From Escherichia phage phiC120, in the sequence record KY703222: a DNA stretch of 64,000 nt, one strand, 5' to 3'. Each line of letters starts with the position of its first letter. The first letter of the stretch is position 1. A model generated the notes under the pieces. The model searched no databases and had not been told where the DNA came from. It saw nothing but the letters and a program-made list of their open reading frames with translations. Positions 45,324 through 56,656 of this stretch are shown here, piece after piece. A program made the position numbers and the translations under genes.

Positions 45324-45377
45324 AGGTTTTTCCTCATATAATTTATGAACGATTATAACATATGGAGCTAGAAGCGA

Positions 45378-45968
45378 TTAGCGCAAGGAAGGGTGTCTAG
45401 AAATGGATTTAGATTCGGCAGCCTGACGTGGTTGTTGAGATACAATGACTTCACCGTCTTTTTCTATCGTCATATACGCGTAATGAATAGTTGCTACGCA
45501 AGTAACGGCAGGGTCAGAGTCTTCAGTGTAACTAAATTCAATTTCGCTCAAATCAGAAATCCATGGTTTATAGAAATTTGCCGTCAAAACCACTTCAGTC
45601 TTATTGTTGTTTAAAATGTGTAAAGTAACAAACTCAGGACCATCGGCATGGGCTGTATTATGACCGGTTATATAGTTATTAGTGCTGAGCATCCATTTAT
45701 ACATGTTCATCCAGGACGTCATGTCTTCATCAACTATAAATCGTACAATAAAAGGGTCATATTCAAATGTAGTGCCTGCGCGCATTGCACGTCCTAACCC
45801 CATTGTGCCTGTCACAGTTTCAACAACAGGAATTCTCACACCTGGCAGTGGAGCTGTTTGAGCATTAAGCACAAAACCTGAAGTTCGTGTACTATCCGGG
45901 ATATCCACAACAAAGTTTGTTATATTTGTTTGGTTAAAAATCTGTCTCGCTGGACGAGTCATAAGCAC
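45378..45968 (-). CDS. 3: Tail completion / sheath stabiliser gp3 (positional)
   Basis: 196-aa ORF between genes 1 and 2. Confidence 0.6.
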   Translation of the reverse strand: MLMTRPARQIFNQTNITNFVVDIPDSTRTSGFVLNAQTAPLPGVRIPVVETVTGTMGLGRAMRAGTTFEYDPFIVRFIVDEDMTSWMNMYKWMLSTNNYITGHNTAHADGPEFVTLHILNNNKTEVVLTANFYKPWISDLSEIEFSYTEDSDPAVTCVATIHYAYMTIEKDGEVIVSQQPRQAAESKSISRHPSLR

Positions 45969-46064
45969 CTCAAAAACGCTTTAATAAAAATGCAGTATAA
46001 TGGTTTTAGGTCTCTTCCATTAATCCGGTTTAGCAGAATATCAGAAGAACGGAAGAGAATAGAA

Positions 46065-46886
46065 TTAAGATTTCCAAACAGTATTCGCAGAGAAACGTTT
46101 TCCTTTTGACATAAACTGCTGAGTAGGTAACATGATTATGTTAGCCCAGTCTTTAGGAGCTATTTCTGTTATTGTTCCTCTAATGTGGCCTGGCAGGTAT
46201 GCTTTAATCATTTTGTCAGCACCTTGAAATCCTTTCACCTTGCTCCAGTCTATCTTCAACTTTGTGTTATTAGTAATAGTAGTTGTGCTAGCATATTGCT
46301 TCAGCAATTCTTCAAGAAACTGTTGACGTGCTTTAGGCGGGATATAGTGCAAGTTTAGCCCATACATCAAATTATGTTTACCTAATCCTAAATAAATAAT
46401 CAAAGGATATCTGTCCCAATACGGCAGAGTATCTTTATGTTTAGCATCATACACGTAAGTATAAATTTTGCCTGGCGTAGGCTTGACTACTTTATGACCT
46501 TTTACACTTTTCTTAATTGTTTCAACAAACCATTTAGATGATTTGTTGTTTACTGCTGCGCCTTCATTTCTAATCTTTTCTCGTATTGAACTGCGAAACG
46601 AGTTTATCATCAGAAGTTGACGTTCTTGCTTATTGAGTTTATTTTTAGGTTTAGATTCAAGCGTTTCAATTTTCTGTGCAGTCTTAATAGATGATGCATA
46701 TCTAGACATTGCAGATGTAAACGACGAGTATTTTATTCCTTTTGATTCTGCAAATGCTTTTGCAGTGATTCCTTTCTCTTTAGCTTTCTTGTATTCTAAT
46801 CCTATCTCAATCCATTTTCTTTCATTCATAGACTGAGCAATCTTAGGGGCTTGTACGCCTTCAGATATAATTTGGAATATGCTCAT
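46065..46886 (-). CDS. 2: DNA end-protector protein gp2 (positional)
   Basis: 273-aa basic ORF between genes 3 and 4, size matches T4 gp2. Confidence 0.65.
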   Translation of the reverse strand: MSIFQIISEGVQAPKIAQSMNERKWIEIGLEYKKAKEKGITAKAFAESKGIKYSSFTSAMSRYASSIKTAQKIETLESKPKNKLNKQERQLLMINSFRSSIREKIRNEGAAVNNKSSKWFVETIKKSVKGHKVVKPTPGKIYTYVYDAKHKDTLPYWDRYPLIIYLGLGKHNLMYGLNLHYIPPKARQQFLEELLKQYASTTTITNNTKLKIDWSKVKGFQGADKMIKAYLPGHIRGTITEIAPKDWANIIMLPTQQFMSKGKRFSANTVWKS

Positions 46887-46888
46887 AA

Positions 46889-47338
46889 TTACCCCTTGTA
46901 TCCGAGTTTCCTAAGTCCGTCTTCGGTTAGAACTCGAAATTTTATATTTCTCTTTTCAGCAACAGCTGAAGCAGCTTTCCATTTGTCACAGTTCACAGAC
47001 CAGGTGTATATTTCATTCATATAACGTTTCTTTGCTGCGGTCGTAAGATTTGCAGGCTTAATAGGTGGCTGAGTTTCTTTCTTTGGTTTTATTTCTACAA
47101 AGAACTCTTGACCTGATGCATCTTTCATCCATATATCCATAAAGTATCGACGTTTTTTACCTTCTGCGTTACAGAAATATGGAATTACTGCTGTTTCGCT
47201 GCCCCATGCAATAATTTCTGGATTTTTATCTAACCATTCGAAAAAGAATTTTTCCCAGTTTGAACGATACGTTATTTTGGTATGGTCTCCACGGTATTTT
47301 TTTAAATTTTTTGGGACCCATTTACCAGAGTAGGCCAT
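46889..47338 (-). CDS. 4: Head completion protein gp4
   Basis: ORF 46889..47482; start at internal Met ([11 protein letters not shown]...) gives about 149 aa and frees the divergent late-promoter region. Confidence 0.7.
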   Translation of the reverse strand: MAYSGKWVPKNLKKYRGDHTKITYRSNWEKFFFEWLDKNPEIIAWGSETAVIPYFCNAEGKKRRYFMDIWMKDASGQEFFVEIKPKKETQPPIKPANLTTAAKKRYMNEIYTWSVNCDKWKAASAVAEKRNIKFRVLTEDGLRKLGYKG

Positions 47339-47349
47339 GTTGTCCTCCT

Positions 47350-47357
47350 TATAAATA
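47350..47357 (+). promoter_or_regulatory. Late promoter TATAAATA for gene 53
   Basis: Exact T4 late-promoter octamer about 43 nt upstream of the gene 53 start. Confidence 0.7.
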
Positions 47358-47364
47358 GTATTAT

Positions 47365-47372
47365 TATTTATA
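47365..47372 (-). promoter_or_regulatory. Late promoter TATAAATA for gene 4 (divergent from the gene 53 promoter)
   Basis: Minus-strand TATAAATA about 27 nt upstream of the gene 4 ATG. Confidence 0.65.
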
Positions 47373-47399
47373 CCAATTTCATATTGGAAGGAGACTATC

Positions 47400-47975
47400 T
47401 TGTTATTTACATTCTTCGACCCAATAGGATATAGTGCTAAAACCATTAATAAGAACGCACCTACTATTCCTATGACAGACATATTTCGTAATTATAAAGA
47501 GTACTTTAAACGTGTTGCGACCAACTATAGATTACAAACTTATTATATTAAAGGTTCTCCACGCCCAGAAGAACTAGCAAATATCATTTATGGTAATCCA
47601 CAATTATACTGGGTCCTTTTGATGTGTAATGACAATTACGACCCGTATTATGGTTGGATTACATCTCAGGAAGCAGCGTATCAAGCGTCTATTCAGAAAT
47701 ATGCAAATGCTGGCGGAGACCAAATTCTTTATCATATTAACGAAAAACGCGAGAAATTTTATAACTTAGTTTCATATCCAGATGAGCCATTAGTATGGTA
47801 TGATAAAGGCGACAAAGCTCGTAAGTATCCGCAATATAAAGGACCTTTAGCTGCAGTAGATACTTATGAAGCAGCTGTACTAGATAACGAAAAACTTCGT
47901 AAAATAAAAATTGTTGCAAAGGAAGATATAAACTCGTTTATCACTGATTTGATTCGTGAGATGGAGATTGCATAA
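47400..47975 (+). CDS. 53: Baseplate wedge protein gp53
   Basis: 191 aa MLFTFFDPIGYSAKTINKNAPTIPMTDIF...; start codon at 47400 reads TTG, with AGGAG 6 nt upstream. Confidence 0.8.
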   Translation: MLFTFFDPIGYSAKTINKNAPTIPMTDIFRNYKEYFKRVATNYRLQTYYIKGSPRPEELANIIYGNPQLYWVLLMCNDNYDPYYGWITSQEAAYQASIQKYANAGGDQILYHINEKREKFYNLVSYPDEPLVWYDKGDKARKYPQYKGPLAAVDTYEAAVLDNEKLRKIKIVAKEDINSFITDLIREMEIA

Positions 47976-49708
47976 TGGAAATGATTAGTAGTAGCCTTAA
48001 TTGGTTCGTTGGTGTTGTTGAAGACAGAATGGACCCATTGAAACAAGGGCGTGTTCGAGTTCGAGTCGTAGGACTTCATCCAGCGCAGAGAGCACAAGGT
48101 GACGTACAAGGTATTCCTACCGAAAAACTTCCATGGATGACTGTTATTCAACCTATTACATCGGCATCAATGTCGGGTATTGGTGGTTCTGTTACAGGCC
48201 CTGTCGAAGGAACTCGAGTATATGGTCATTTCTTAGACAAATGGAAAACAAACGGTATTGTACTCGGTACATATGGTGGAATTGTACGCGAAAAGCCTAA
48301 TAGACTAGAAGGTTTTTCCGACCCTACAGGTCAATATCCACGACGTTTAGGTAATGATACGAACGTATTAAACCAAGGTGGTGAAGCTGGTTATTATTCG
48401 AATTCTAACGTAATTCAAGACAACAACTTGGATTATGGTATAAACCCAGATGATACAGATTTAGCAAATATTCCAGAAGATGATGACCCTAATTTTACAA
48501 TAACAGAAATGTTACGTCGTGATGAAGGTCTTCGTGATAAAGTGTATTGGGACCATCTAGGGTATCCTACAGTAGGTATTGGACACCTTATCGTAATGGA
48601 AAAGACCCGAGACATGACTCGAATTAATAAATTGTTATCCGATCAAGTAGGGCGTGAAGTAACAGGAAATCCAGGAACTATTACATTAGAAGAAGCAACA
48701 GCTCTATTTGAGAAGGACCTTGCTAAGATGCAGAAAGACATTCGTTCTAATTCTAAAGTAGGTCCTGTTTATGCTAAAATGAACAGGTCTCGTCAAATGG
48801 CATTAGAAAACATGTGCTTCCAAATGGGCGTTGGCGGTGTAGCAAAATTCAATACTATGCTTAAAGCAATGGCCACAGGTGATTGGAAAACTGCATACAA
48901 ATCTGGGCGTGATTCATTATGGTTCCAACAGACTAAAGGGCGTGCTTCACGTGTAACAACAATTATTTTAACTGGTAACATGGAATCATATGGCGTTCCT
49001 GTTAAAACACCACCTTCACCAGGAGTCGGTGCCGATTTAGTTACTAGAAATACCGATTCAGAAGACCCTGCCGGTCCTCCTGTTCCATTAGATTCACGCA
49101 TCCTTTTTAAAGAACCAGAATCAAGTTATCGTGGTGAGTATCCGTATGTTCATGCTATGGAAACAGAAAGTGGTCATATCCAAGAATTTGACGATACTCC
49201 AGGTAATGAACGTTATCGCTTAGTTCATCCAACAGGGTCATATGAGGAAGTTTCTCCGTCTGGGCGTCGTACTCGTAAAACTGTAGAAGACCTTTTTGAC
49301 ATCACTAATGGTGATGGGAACTTTTTGATTTCTGGCGATAAGCTTGTTAACGTTGGTGCTAATGAAATATATTATAACATGGCAGACCGCCTCCATCAAA
49401 TAGATGGCAATGACACAATCTTTATTCGTGGCAACCAAGTTAAAACTGTTGAAGGCGATGGAACTCTTTACGTTAAGGGCAATATCAAAATAGTCGTTGA
49501 CGGGAATGCAGATATTCTTGTTAAAGGCGATGCTAAAACTCAAGTTGAAGGTAATCATGACTATACTGTCAATGGTAATGTTAAATGGACTGTTAATGGT
49601 AATGTTGATATGACTGTTGCTGGGGATTGGGCAGAAACGATGTCTACAATGAGCTCAGTAGCTTCAGGACAATATACTGTTGACGGATCTCGTATTGATA
49701 TTGGGTAA
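47975..49708 (+). CDS. 5: Baseplate hub and tail lysozyme gp5
   Basis: 577 aa; N-terminal OB domain, central lysozyme domain (EGLRDKVYWDHLGYPTVGIGHL), C-terminal VxGxxxxxV beta-helix repeats. Confidence 0.93.
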   Translation: MEMISSSLNWFVGVVEDRMDPLKQGRVRVRVVGLHPAQRAQGDVQGIPTEKLPWMTVIQPITSASMSGIGGSVTGPVEGTRVYGHFLDKWKTNGIVLGTYGGIVREKPNRLEGFSDPTGQYPRRLGNDTNVLNQGGEAGYYSNSNVIQDNNLDYGINPDDTDLANIPEDDDPNFTITEMLRRDEGLRDKVYWDHLGYPTVGIGHLIVMEKTRDMTRINKLLSDQVGREVTGNPGTITLEEATALFEKDLAKMQKDIRSNSKVGPVYAKMNRSRQMALENMCFQMGVGGVAKFNTMLKAMATGDWKTAYKSGRDSLWFQQTKGRASRVTTIILTGNMESYGVPVKTPPSPGVGADLVTRNTDSEDPAGPPVPLDSRILFKEPESSYRGEYPYVHAMETESGHIQEFDDTPGNERYRLVHPTGSYEEVSPSGRRTRKTVEDLFDITNGDGNFLISGDKLVNVGANEIYYNMADRLHQIDGNDTIFIRGNQVKTVEGDGTLYVKGNIKIVVDGNADILVKGDAKTQVEGNHDYTVNGNVKWTVNGNVDMTVAGDWAETMSTMSSVASGQYTVDGSRIDIG

Positions 49709-49711
49709 TAT

Positions 49712-50227
49712 ATGGCACAAATACTTCCTTTAAATACCGACTTAGGAGAAGACATGGAAGGGGCGTCTATTGACGTCCTTTTTACTCCGCAGTTAGAAAC
49801 TACCGAAACTTTGGTGTCAATAAATATAATAGATTATGAACCAACACAAGGCATTACAGTTGACGGTAATCACTTATATGGAACATATGAAAGCGTATTT
49901 AGCTTTTCTTCAGATGCATTGAAATATCGATTAAACGATGATTTTAAAACTGCATCTTCATGGGAAGATTTACCACAAGACCAAAGCACTCAACTATATT
50001 TGTGGAGAGCTCCTCAGAACCTCCGTAAAGTATTTAGTTATACGGTTGAAATGATTTATAACTACCAAGAAGAAAGTTCATCAGGCGGTTCTAGAAGTGA
50101 CTCTGGTACAGAACCTCCACCGGCTCCAGTACAAAAAACTCTTACTAAGGTTTATACAAAAACTATAGTAGGAAATTGGAGCAAATGGGCTCAACAATTA
50201 CGAAACTATGTTTATGCGAGGCCATAA
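49712..50227 (+). CDS. 5.1: Baseplate-associated protein gp5.1
   Basis: 171-aa ORF directly after gene 5. Confidence 0.6.
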   Translation: MAQILPLNTDLGEDMEGASIDVLFTPQLETTETLVSINIIDYEPTQGITVDGNHLYGTYESVFSFSSDALKYRLNDDFKTASSWEDLPQDQSTQLYLWRAPQNLRKVFSYTVEMIYNYQEESSSGGSRSDSGTEPPPAPVQKTLTKVYTKTIVGNWSKWAQQLRNYVYARP

Positions 50228-50229
50228 AA

Positions 50230-50523
50230 ATGTCTGGATTAAGTTACGACCAGTGCGTTACAACAGGTCATGAAGCATGGCCTCCTACAGTAATTAATGC
50301 TTCTCAATCTAAAGTATTCACCGGCGGTATTCCTGTTCTTGTAGCAGGAGACCAAATAACACCTCATACAGAAATTAAAAAACCGTACGAGACTCATGGT
50401 GGTGTTACTGAACCTCGTACATCTAAAGTATATGTCACCGGTAAAAAGGCCGTTCAAATGGCTGACCCAATTTCATGCGGGGACACTGTTTCTCAGGCCT
50501 CGTCAAAAGTCTTTATAAAATAG
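50230..50523 (+). CDS. 5.4: PAAR-repeat spike tip protein gp5.4
   Basis: ORF 50176..50523; start at internal Met gives 97 aa as in T4 gp5.4. Confidence 0.65.
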   Translation: MSGLSYDQCVTTGHEAWPPTVINASQSKVFTGGIPVLVAGDQITPHTEIKKPYETHGGVTEPRTSKVYVTGKKAVQMADPISCGDTVSQASSKVFIK

Positions 50524-50531
50524 GAATTAAA

Positions 50532-52502
50532 ATGGCAAACACTCCTGTAAATTATCAGTTAGTCAGAACGGCGAATGCTATTCCCGAAATTTTTATCGGG
50601 GGCACATTTGCCGAAATTAAAACAAATATAATCGAATGGCTCAATGGACAGAACGAATTTCTTGATTATGATTTTGAAGGTTCGCGTTTAAACGTATTGT
50701 GTGACCTTTTAGCATATAATACTCTTTATATCCAACAGTTCAGTAATAGTGCAGTGTATGAAAGCTTTATGCGTACTGCTAACTTGCGCAGTTCCGTTGT
50801 ACAAGCGGCTCAGGATAATGGATATCTGCCTGCATCTAAATCGGCAGCACAAACAGAAATTATGCTCACATGTACGGATGCATTAAATAGAAACTATATC
50901 ACTATTCCGCGTGGTACTCGTTTCCTGGCGTATGCTAAAGGTACTTCTGTTAACCCGTATAACTTTGTTTCCACCGAAGACGTCATTGTAGTTAAAGACA
51001 AAAATAATCAATATTTCCCACGTCTTAGGTTAGCTCAGGGACGTATTGTTCGTACTGAATTAACATTTGATAAATTAAAACCTATCATTATTCGTGATAA
51101 GAACATTGACCGTAATTTGGTTAAATTGTATGTTGACGGAGCAGAATGGATTAACTGGACTCGCAAATCGATGGTTCATGCTGGTTCTACTTCAACCATT
51201 TATTATATGCGAGAAACTGTTGACGGGAACACTGAATTTTATTTTGGTGAAGGTGAAATCTCTATTAACACATCAGAAGGTGCTTTAACATCTAACTACA
51301 TTGGCGGCCTTAAACCTGTCCAGGGTTCTAAAATCGTAATTGAATATATTTCTACTAATGGTGCTGAAGCAAATGGTGCAGTAGGATTCTCTTATGCTGA
51401 TACATTAGCTAATATCACAGTTATTGGAATTAATGAAAACCCAAGTAATAACCCTGACTTCGTTGGTGCTGATGGCGGTGGCGACCCTGAAGATATTGAA
51501 CGTATCCGTGAATTAGGTACAATTAAACGCGAAACTCAACAACGATGTGTGACTGCGACCGATTACGACACATTCGTCTCTGAACGATTTGGTTCTATTA
51601 TTCAAGCGGTTCAGACATTTACGGATTCATCTAAGCCTGGGTACGCATTTATTGCTGCTAAACCTAAGTCTGGGCTATATTTGACTTCCGTCCAACGAGA
51701 CGATATTAAAAATTATCTTAATGAGTATAACTTAGGGACGATAACTCCTGTTGTTATTTCTCCTGATTATTTGTTTATTAAAATGAATATTCGCGTTACG
51801 TATGCATTGAACAAATTACAGGAATCTGAACAATGGTTAGAAGGCCAAATTATTAATAAAATCGACCGGTATTATATTGAAGACGTGGAAATTTTTAACT
51901 CGTCATTCGCAAAATCTAAAATGCTAACGTATGTAGATGACGCAGATATTTCTATCATTGGTTCGTCTGCGACTATTCAAATGGTTCGCGAGGTACAGAA
52001 CTTCTACAAAACACCTGAAACAGGTATTAAATACAATAACCAGATTAAAGATAGAACATTAGAATCTAACGTGTTTTCATTTGATAGTTTACGCGTTGAC
52101 CCTGAAACGGAAGCTACTATTAAATACGACGTTCGCATTGTAGGTTCAGATAGAAATGACCGTGGCATTGGACAAGTTATTATTGGCCCGTTTGCAGATG
52201 GCGACGTTATAGAAAATGCTTATATTCAACCATATACTGGTGACGATTTTAATAAACTTCATGTTACGGACGGAAGAAACAAATATTACTCTATAGGTGA
52301 AGTAAATTATCCGGCTGATTCAATTTATTGGAATATAGCTAAAATTGATTTAACTTCTGATAGGTTTGAAGTTCAAACTATTGAACTCTATTCAGACCCA
52401 GCTGATGATGTTATCTTTACTAAAGACGGGTCATTAATTGTATTTGAAAATGACTTACGTCCGCAATATTTAACCATAGATTTGGAGCCTATTTCACAAT
52501 GA
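50532..52502 (+). CDS. 6: Baseplate wedge protein gp6
   Basis: ORF 50475..52502; MANTPVNYQLVRT start gives 656 aa. Confidence 0.85.
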   Translation: MANTPVNYQLVRTANAIPEIFIGGTFAEIKTNIIEWLNGQNEFLDYDFEGSRLNVLCDLLAYNTLYIQQFSNSAVYESFMRTANLRSSVVQAAQDNGYLPASKSAAQTEIMLTCTDALNRNYITIPRGTRFLAYAKGTSVNPYNFVSTEDVIVVKDKNNQYFPRLRLAQGRIVRTELTFDKLKPIIIRDKNIDRNLVKLYVDGAEWINWTRKSMVHAGSTSTIYYMRETVDGNTEFYFGEGEISINTSEGALTSNYIGGLKPVQGSKIVIEYISTNGAEANGAVGFSYADTLANITVIGINENPSNNPDFVGADGGGDPEDIERIRELGTIKRETQQRCVTATDYDTFVSERFGSIIQAVQTFTDSSKPGYAFIAAKPKSGLYLTSVQRDDIKNYLNEYNLGTITPVVISPDYLFIKMNIRVTYALNKLQESEQWLEGQIINKIDRYYIEDVEIFNSSFAKSKMLTYVDDADISIIGSSATIQMVREVQNFYKTPETGIKYNNQIKDRTLESNVFSFDSLRVDPETEATIKYDVRIVGSDRNDRGIGQVIIGPFADGDVIENAYIQPYTGDDFNKLHVTDGRNKYYSIGEVNYPADSIYWNIAKIDLTSDRFEVQTIELYSDPADDVIFTKDGSLIVFENDLRPQYLTIDLEPISQ

Positions 52503-55500
52503 CAGTAAAAGCGCCAGCAGTCACGAGTCTCAGATTATCTAAATTGTCCGCAAACCAAGTTCAAATTCGCTGGGATGAGGTTGGCGCTAATTTCTACTAT
52601 TTTGTGGAAATAGCTGAGACCAAAACAGCTAACGGGGAAGCAATTCCCCGTAATAGCTATAGATGGACTAATTTAGGATATACCGCTGATAACAATTTCT
52701 TTGAGTCTGGTTTAAATTCATTAACAACATATATGATGCGTGTGGCTACAGCAGCGGAGGGATTTGAGCAGTCTGATTGGAGATACACTGAAGAGTTTGA
52801 AACATTTGAAATAAACGCTTACACATTCCAACATATGATTGAAATGCAATTAGCTAACGAGTTTATTTCTGAAAAATTTACAAAAAATAATACAAACTAC
52901 GTTGATTTTAATAATGACACGATCATGGCAGCACTGATGAGCGAGTCGTTCCAATTCAGTCCTGCATACACCGATGTGTCATCGATTAGAAATTTTATAA
53001 TTGGTGAAAATCAGTATCATGAAATCCAGGGGCATATCCAGGATGTATGTAAAGATATAAATCGAGTATATCTAATGGAATCTGAAGGAATTCTTTACCT
53101 TTTTGAAAGATTCCAACCTATTGTAAAAGTGTCTAATGATAAAGGCCAAACATGGAAAGCGGTTAAATTGCTTAATGACCGTGTAGGATATCCACTTTCA
53201 CGAACCGTATATTACCAATCAGAATATACGACGTATTTGCTCGGCTATGATAAGATTTTTTACGGGCGTAAATCATCCGATATTCGTTGGTCTGCTGATG
53301 ATGTTCGTTTCAGTTCACAAGACGTAACATTTGCTAAAATCGGGGATAAATTAAATTTAGGTTTTGATGTAGAGATTTTCGGTACATACGCGTCATTACC
53401 AGGAAACGTATCACGTATTGCAGAAGCTATTACTTGTAATGATGACTATGTTTATATTGCGGCCAGAGATAAAGTTCGCTTCGTTAAAACCAGTAACGCT
53501 CCTATTGATTCAGATCCATTATCTCCGACCTATTCCGAACGGTTGTTTGAACCTGAGACGTTTACAATAACAGGCAACCCTAAAGCAGTTTGTTATAAAA
53601 TGGATTCTGTTGGTGGAAGAATATTCGCTCTTATTATTGGTGAAGTTGAAAACGTTAATGACGACCCAAGAACAAAGCCTATTTTGGATTCCGTTGATAA
53701 AGGTGTATACGTTTTAGACCATGACGCTGGAACATTTAAAAGGATATTTGGTAATACCGAAGAAGAACGCCGTCGTATAGAACCGGCTTTCACCAATATG
53801 TCTACTGATGGTGTTGAGCTTTATATCTCTTCTAGTAATTTTAAATTTTTAGAATCTGATATTGTTGACGACCCAGAAACGCAATCTAAGTACGGACTTT
53901 TGGGAGCAGTTAAGTATGAATATCCTAGAGAATGGCTCGCAGATAAACATTACCATATGATGATTTTCGCATCAAACGAAGAAAGTAATTGGGAAACTTT
54001 TTCACCAACTCCTATGCAGTATTATGCAGAACCTTTCTTTAGTTATTCTAGAAAATCAGGCACACGTTCTTGGATTAATAACTCTGATAGAGCGGTAGTG
54101 ATTTATTCTGATTTGCTTTACACAAAGGTAGTGGAAAGCTACCCTAGCACTTCACCTGATCGTAAAGTTCACGAATACTGGAATGACGGCGATTGTAAGA
54201 TTGTTATGCCGAATATAGAATTCACTGGATTTAAAAAATACGCATCTGGTATGTTGTTTTATAAATCATCAGGTGAAATAATTTCATATTACGATTTTAG
54301 TTATCGTGTTAGAGATAACGTTTCTATAATTTGGAAGCCCACTAACGTATTTTTGACCGCCTCATTACAAAACCAAGAAAAAGAAACTTCTTGGGTTCCT
54401 GTTGAAGAGACAGGTCTAGCTGACCCGGATTTACGCCCATTACTCACTACAATGATGCCAGAGTCTTATCTGTTGGATAATACAAACTTTGAAGCATTTT
54501 GTGAAGCGTATATTCAATATCTTTCTGATGGATACGGGACTCATTATAATAACTTATTGAATTTGATTAAAAATAAATACCCACGAGAAGAACACGCATG
54601 GGAATATCTTTGGTCTGAAATTTATAAACGGAACATTTATTTGAATGCTGAGAAACGTGATTTAGTTTCTAGGTTCTTTGAGTCCAGAAGTTATGATTTT
54701 TATTCTACTAAAGGAACTGAAGCATCGTATAAGTTTTTGTTTAAAGTTCTTTATAACGAAGACGTTGAAGTGGAAATCGAGTCATCTGCTGGAACAGAGT
54801 ATGATATCATAATTCAATCTGATTCTATAAGTGAAGATTTGGTTGGACAAACTATATACACCGCTACAGGTAGATGTAATGTTACATATTTAGAAAGAAG
54901 CTATTCTAAAGGTAAATTACAATGGACTGTGACTATTCATAACCTTTTAGGTAGGCTTTTAGTCGGACAAGAAGTAAAAGCCGAAAGACTAGCAGATTTT
55001 GAAGGTGAAATAGTTCGCGGTATTAAAGGTAAAGAACTTGCCCAAAACACTATCGATTATTTTAATCGTGGTAGAGCTTATTACGTCATGAAAATAAAGT
55101 CAAATCTTCCATCCTCTCGTTGGAAATCTGACGTACTACGTTTTGTACATCCGGTAGGATTTGGATTTATTGCAATAACCTTATTAACAATGTTTATTAA
55201 TACAGGATTAACGCTTAAACATGTTGAAACTATTATTAATAAATATAAAAATTATAAGTGGGATTCCGGACTGCCTACGGAATATGCAGACCGCGTCGCT
55301 CGTTTAGACCCTCAAGGTAATGTAGAATTCAATCCTGTTACAGGTGAAGTAATTTATGATGCTGGTCCTTATGCCGGTATCGAATACCCTTTACCTGCAA
55401 ATTATAATGAAGAAAATGATAACTCTATTTTCCAAGGACAATTACCGTCCGAACGACGCAAGCCGATGAGCCCATTATTTGATGCATCAGGTACAACGTT

Positions 55501-55597
55501 CTCTAGATTTAGAGAGCTTGTTAATGAAAGATTGTTAGATAACGTGGGAAATCCTAGAGACCCGATTAATCCACCACAGGTTAAATTAGATGAATGA
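52499..55597 (+). CDS. 7: Baseplate wedge protein gp7
   Basis: 1032 aa, same length as T4 gp7; overlaps gene 6 stop. Confidence 0.85.
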   Translation: MTVKAPAVTSLRLSKLSANQVQIRWDEVGANFYYFVEIAETKTANGEAIPRNSYRWTNLGYTADNNFFESGLNSLTTYMMRVATAAEGFEQSDWRYTEEFETFEINAYTFQHMIEMQLANEFISEKFTKNNTNYVDFNNDTIMAALMSESFQFSPAYTDVSSIRNFIIGENQYHEIQGHIQDVCKDINRVYLMESEGILYLFERFQPIVKVSNDKGQTWKAVKLLNDRVGYPLSRTVYYQSEYTTYLLGYDKIFYGRKSSDIRWSADDVRFSSQDVTFAKIGDKLNLGFDVEIFGTYASLPGNVSRIAEAITCNDDYVYIAARDKVRFVKTSNAPIDSDPLSPTYSERLFEPETFTITGNPKAVCYKMDSVGGRIFALIIGEVENVNDDPRTKPILDSVDKGVYVLDHDAGTFKRIFGNTEEERRRIEPAFTNMSTDGVELYISSSNFKFLESDIVDDPETQSKYGLLGAVKYEYPREWLADKHYHMMIFASNEESNWETFSPTPMQYYAEPFFSYSRKSGTRSWINNSDRAVVIYSDLLYTKVVESYPSTSPDRKVHEYWNDGDCKIVMPNIEFTGFKKYASGMLFYKSSGEIISYYDFSYRVRDNVSIIWKPTNVFLTASLQNQEKETSWVPVEETGLADPDLRPLLTTMMPESYLLDNTNFEAFCEAYIQYLSDGYGTHYNNLLNLIKNKYPREEHAWEYLWSEIYKRNIYLNAEKRDLVSRFFESRSYDFYSTKGTEASYKFLFKVLYNEDVEVEIESSAGTEYDIIIQSDSISEDLVGQTIYTATGRCNVTYLERSYSKGKLQWTVTIHNLLGRLLVGQEVKAERLADFEGEIVRGIKGKELAQNTIDYFNRGRAYYVMKIKSNLPSSRWKSDVLRFVHPVGFGFIAITLLTMFINTGLTLKHVETIINKYKNYKWDSGLPTEYADRVARLDPQGNVEFNPVTGEVIYDAGPYAGIEYPLPANYNEENDNSIFQGQLPSERRKPMSPLFDASGTTFSRFRELVNERLLDNVGNPRDPINPPQVKLDE

Positions 55598-56594
55598 TTC
55601 AAGTGTTGTCTATCGTTCGATAGTTACTTCAAAATTTAGAACTGAAAAAATGTTGAATTTCTACAATTCAATAGGTGATGGTGATAATAAAAACACCATC
55701 TTTATAACGTTTGGTCGGTCTGAACCATGGGCTGCTAATGAAAATGAGGTGGGCTTCGCCCCACCGTATCCAACAGACTCGGTTTTAGGTGTAACAGATA
55801 TGTGGACTAACATGATGGGTTTAGTTAAAGTTATCCCATCTATGTTAGACTCTGTTATTCCTAGACGTGACTGGGGAGATATTCGTTATCCGGACCCTTA
55901 TACATTCAAAATAAATGATATAGTCGTATGTAATACAGCCCCATATAATGCCACTGAAGTCGGAGCTGGATGGTTAGTATACCGTTGCGTAGATGTTCCT
56001 GATGTTGGGATGTGTTCTATTGAGTCTCTCGACAACAAAGAAGAATGTCTTAAATTAGGCGGTAAATGGACTCCATCTGTTAGGTCTTTAACCCCTCCTG
56101 AAGGCCGTGGAGACGCTGAAGGGATTATCGAAGTTGGTGATGGATATATATGGGAGTATCTTTATGAGATTCCACCCGATGTGTCTATAAACCGATGTAC
56201 TAATGAATATATAGTCGTTCCATGGCCGGAAGAAGTTAAAGAAGACCCTGCTCGTTGGGGATATGAAAACAATCTAACCTGGCAACAAGATGATTTTGGC
56301 CTTGTGTATAGAGTTAAAGCAAACATAATTCGTTTTAAAGCCTATTTAGACTCAGTTTATTTCCCTAATGCAGCACTGCCTGGTAATAAAGGATTTAGAC
56401 AAATTTCTATTATCACAAACCCGTTGGAAGCTAAACTCCGTCCTAATGACCCTAATATAAAAGCTGAAAAGGATTATTATGACCCCAGAGATTTACAGCG
56501 TCATTCCGGTGAAATGATTTATATGGAAAACCGTCCACCTATTATTATGGCAATGGACCAAACCGAAGAGATCAATATTTTGTTTATGTTCTAA
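55590..56594 (+). CDS. 8: Baseplate wedge protein gp8
   Basis: 334 aa as in T4 gp8. Confidence 0.85.
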   Translation: MNDSSVVYRSIVTSKFRTEKMLNFYNSIGDGDNKNTIFITFGRSEPWAANENEVGFAPPYPTDSVLGVTDMWTNMMGLVKVIPSMLDSVIPRRDWGDIRYPDPYTFKINDIVVCNTAPYNATEVGAGWLVYRCVDVPDVGMCSIESLDNKEECLKLGGKWTPSVRSLTPPEGRGDAEGIIEVGDGYIWEYLYEIPPDVSINRCTNEYIVVPWPEEVKEDPARWGYENNLTWQQDDFGLVYRVKANIIRFKAYLDSVYFPNAALPGNKGFRQISIITNPLEAKLRPNDPNIKAEKDYYDPRDLQRHSGEMIYMENRPPIIMAMDQTEEINILFMF

Positions 56595-56598
56595 TTTA

Positions 56599-56620
56599 GG
56601 GAGACTTCGGTCTCCCTTTC
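56599..56620 (+). terminator. Hairpin terminator between genes 8 and 9
   Basis: GGGAGAC-UUCG-GUCUCCC followed by UUUC. Confidence 0.6.
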
Positions 56621-56623
56621 GTG

Positions 56624-56631
56624 TATAAATA
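56624..56631 (+). promoter_or_regulatory. Late promoter TATAAATA for gene 9
   Basis: Octamer 26 nt upstream of the gene 9 ATG, after the gp8 terminator hairpin. Confidence 0.7.
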
Positions 56632-56656
56632 GTATAAACTATTAAGGATTAGCCAC

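Noticed and set aside
48433-49558. Minus-strand ORFs inside gene 5
   Set aside because: Antisense to a strongly supported late structural gene.
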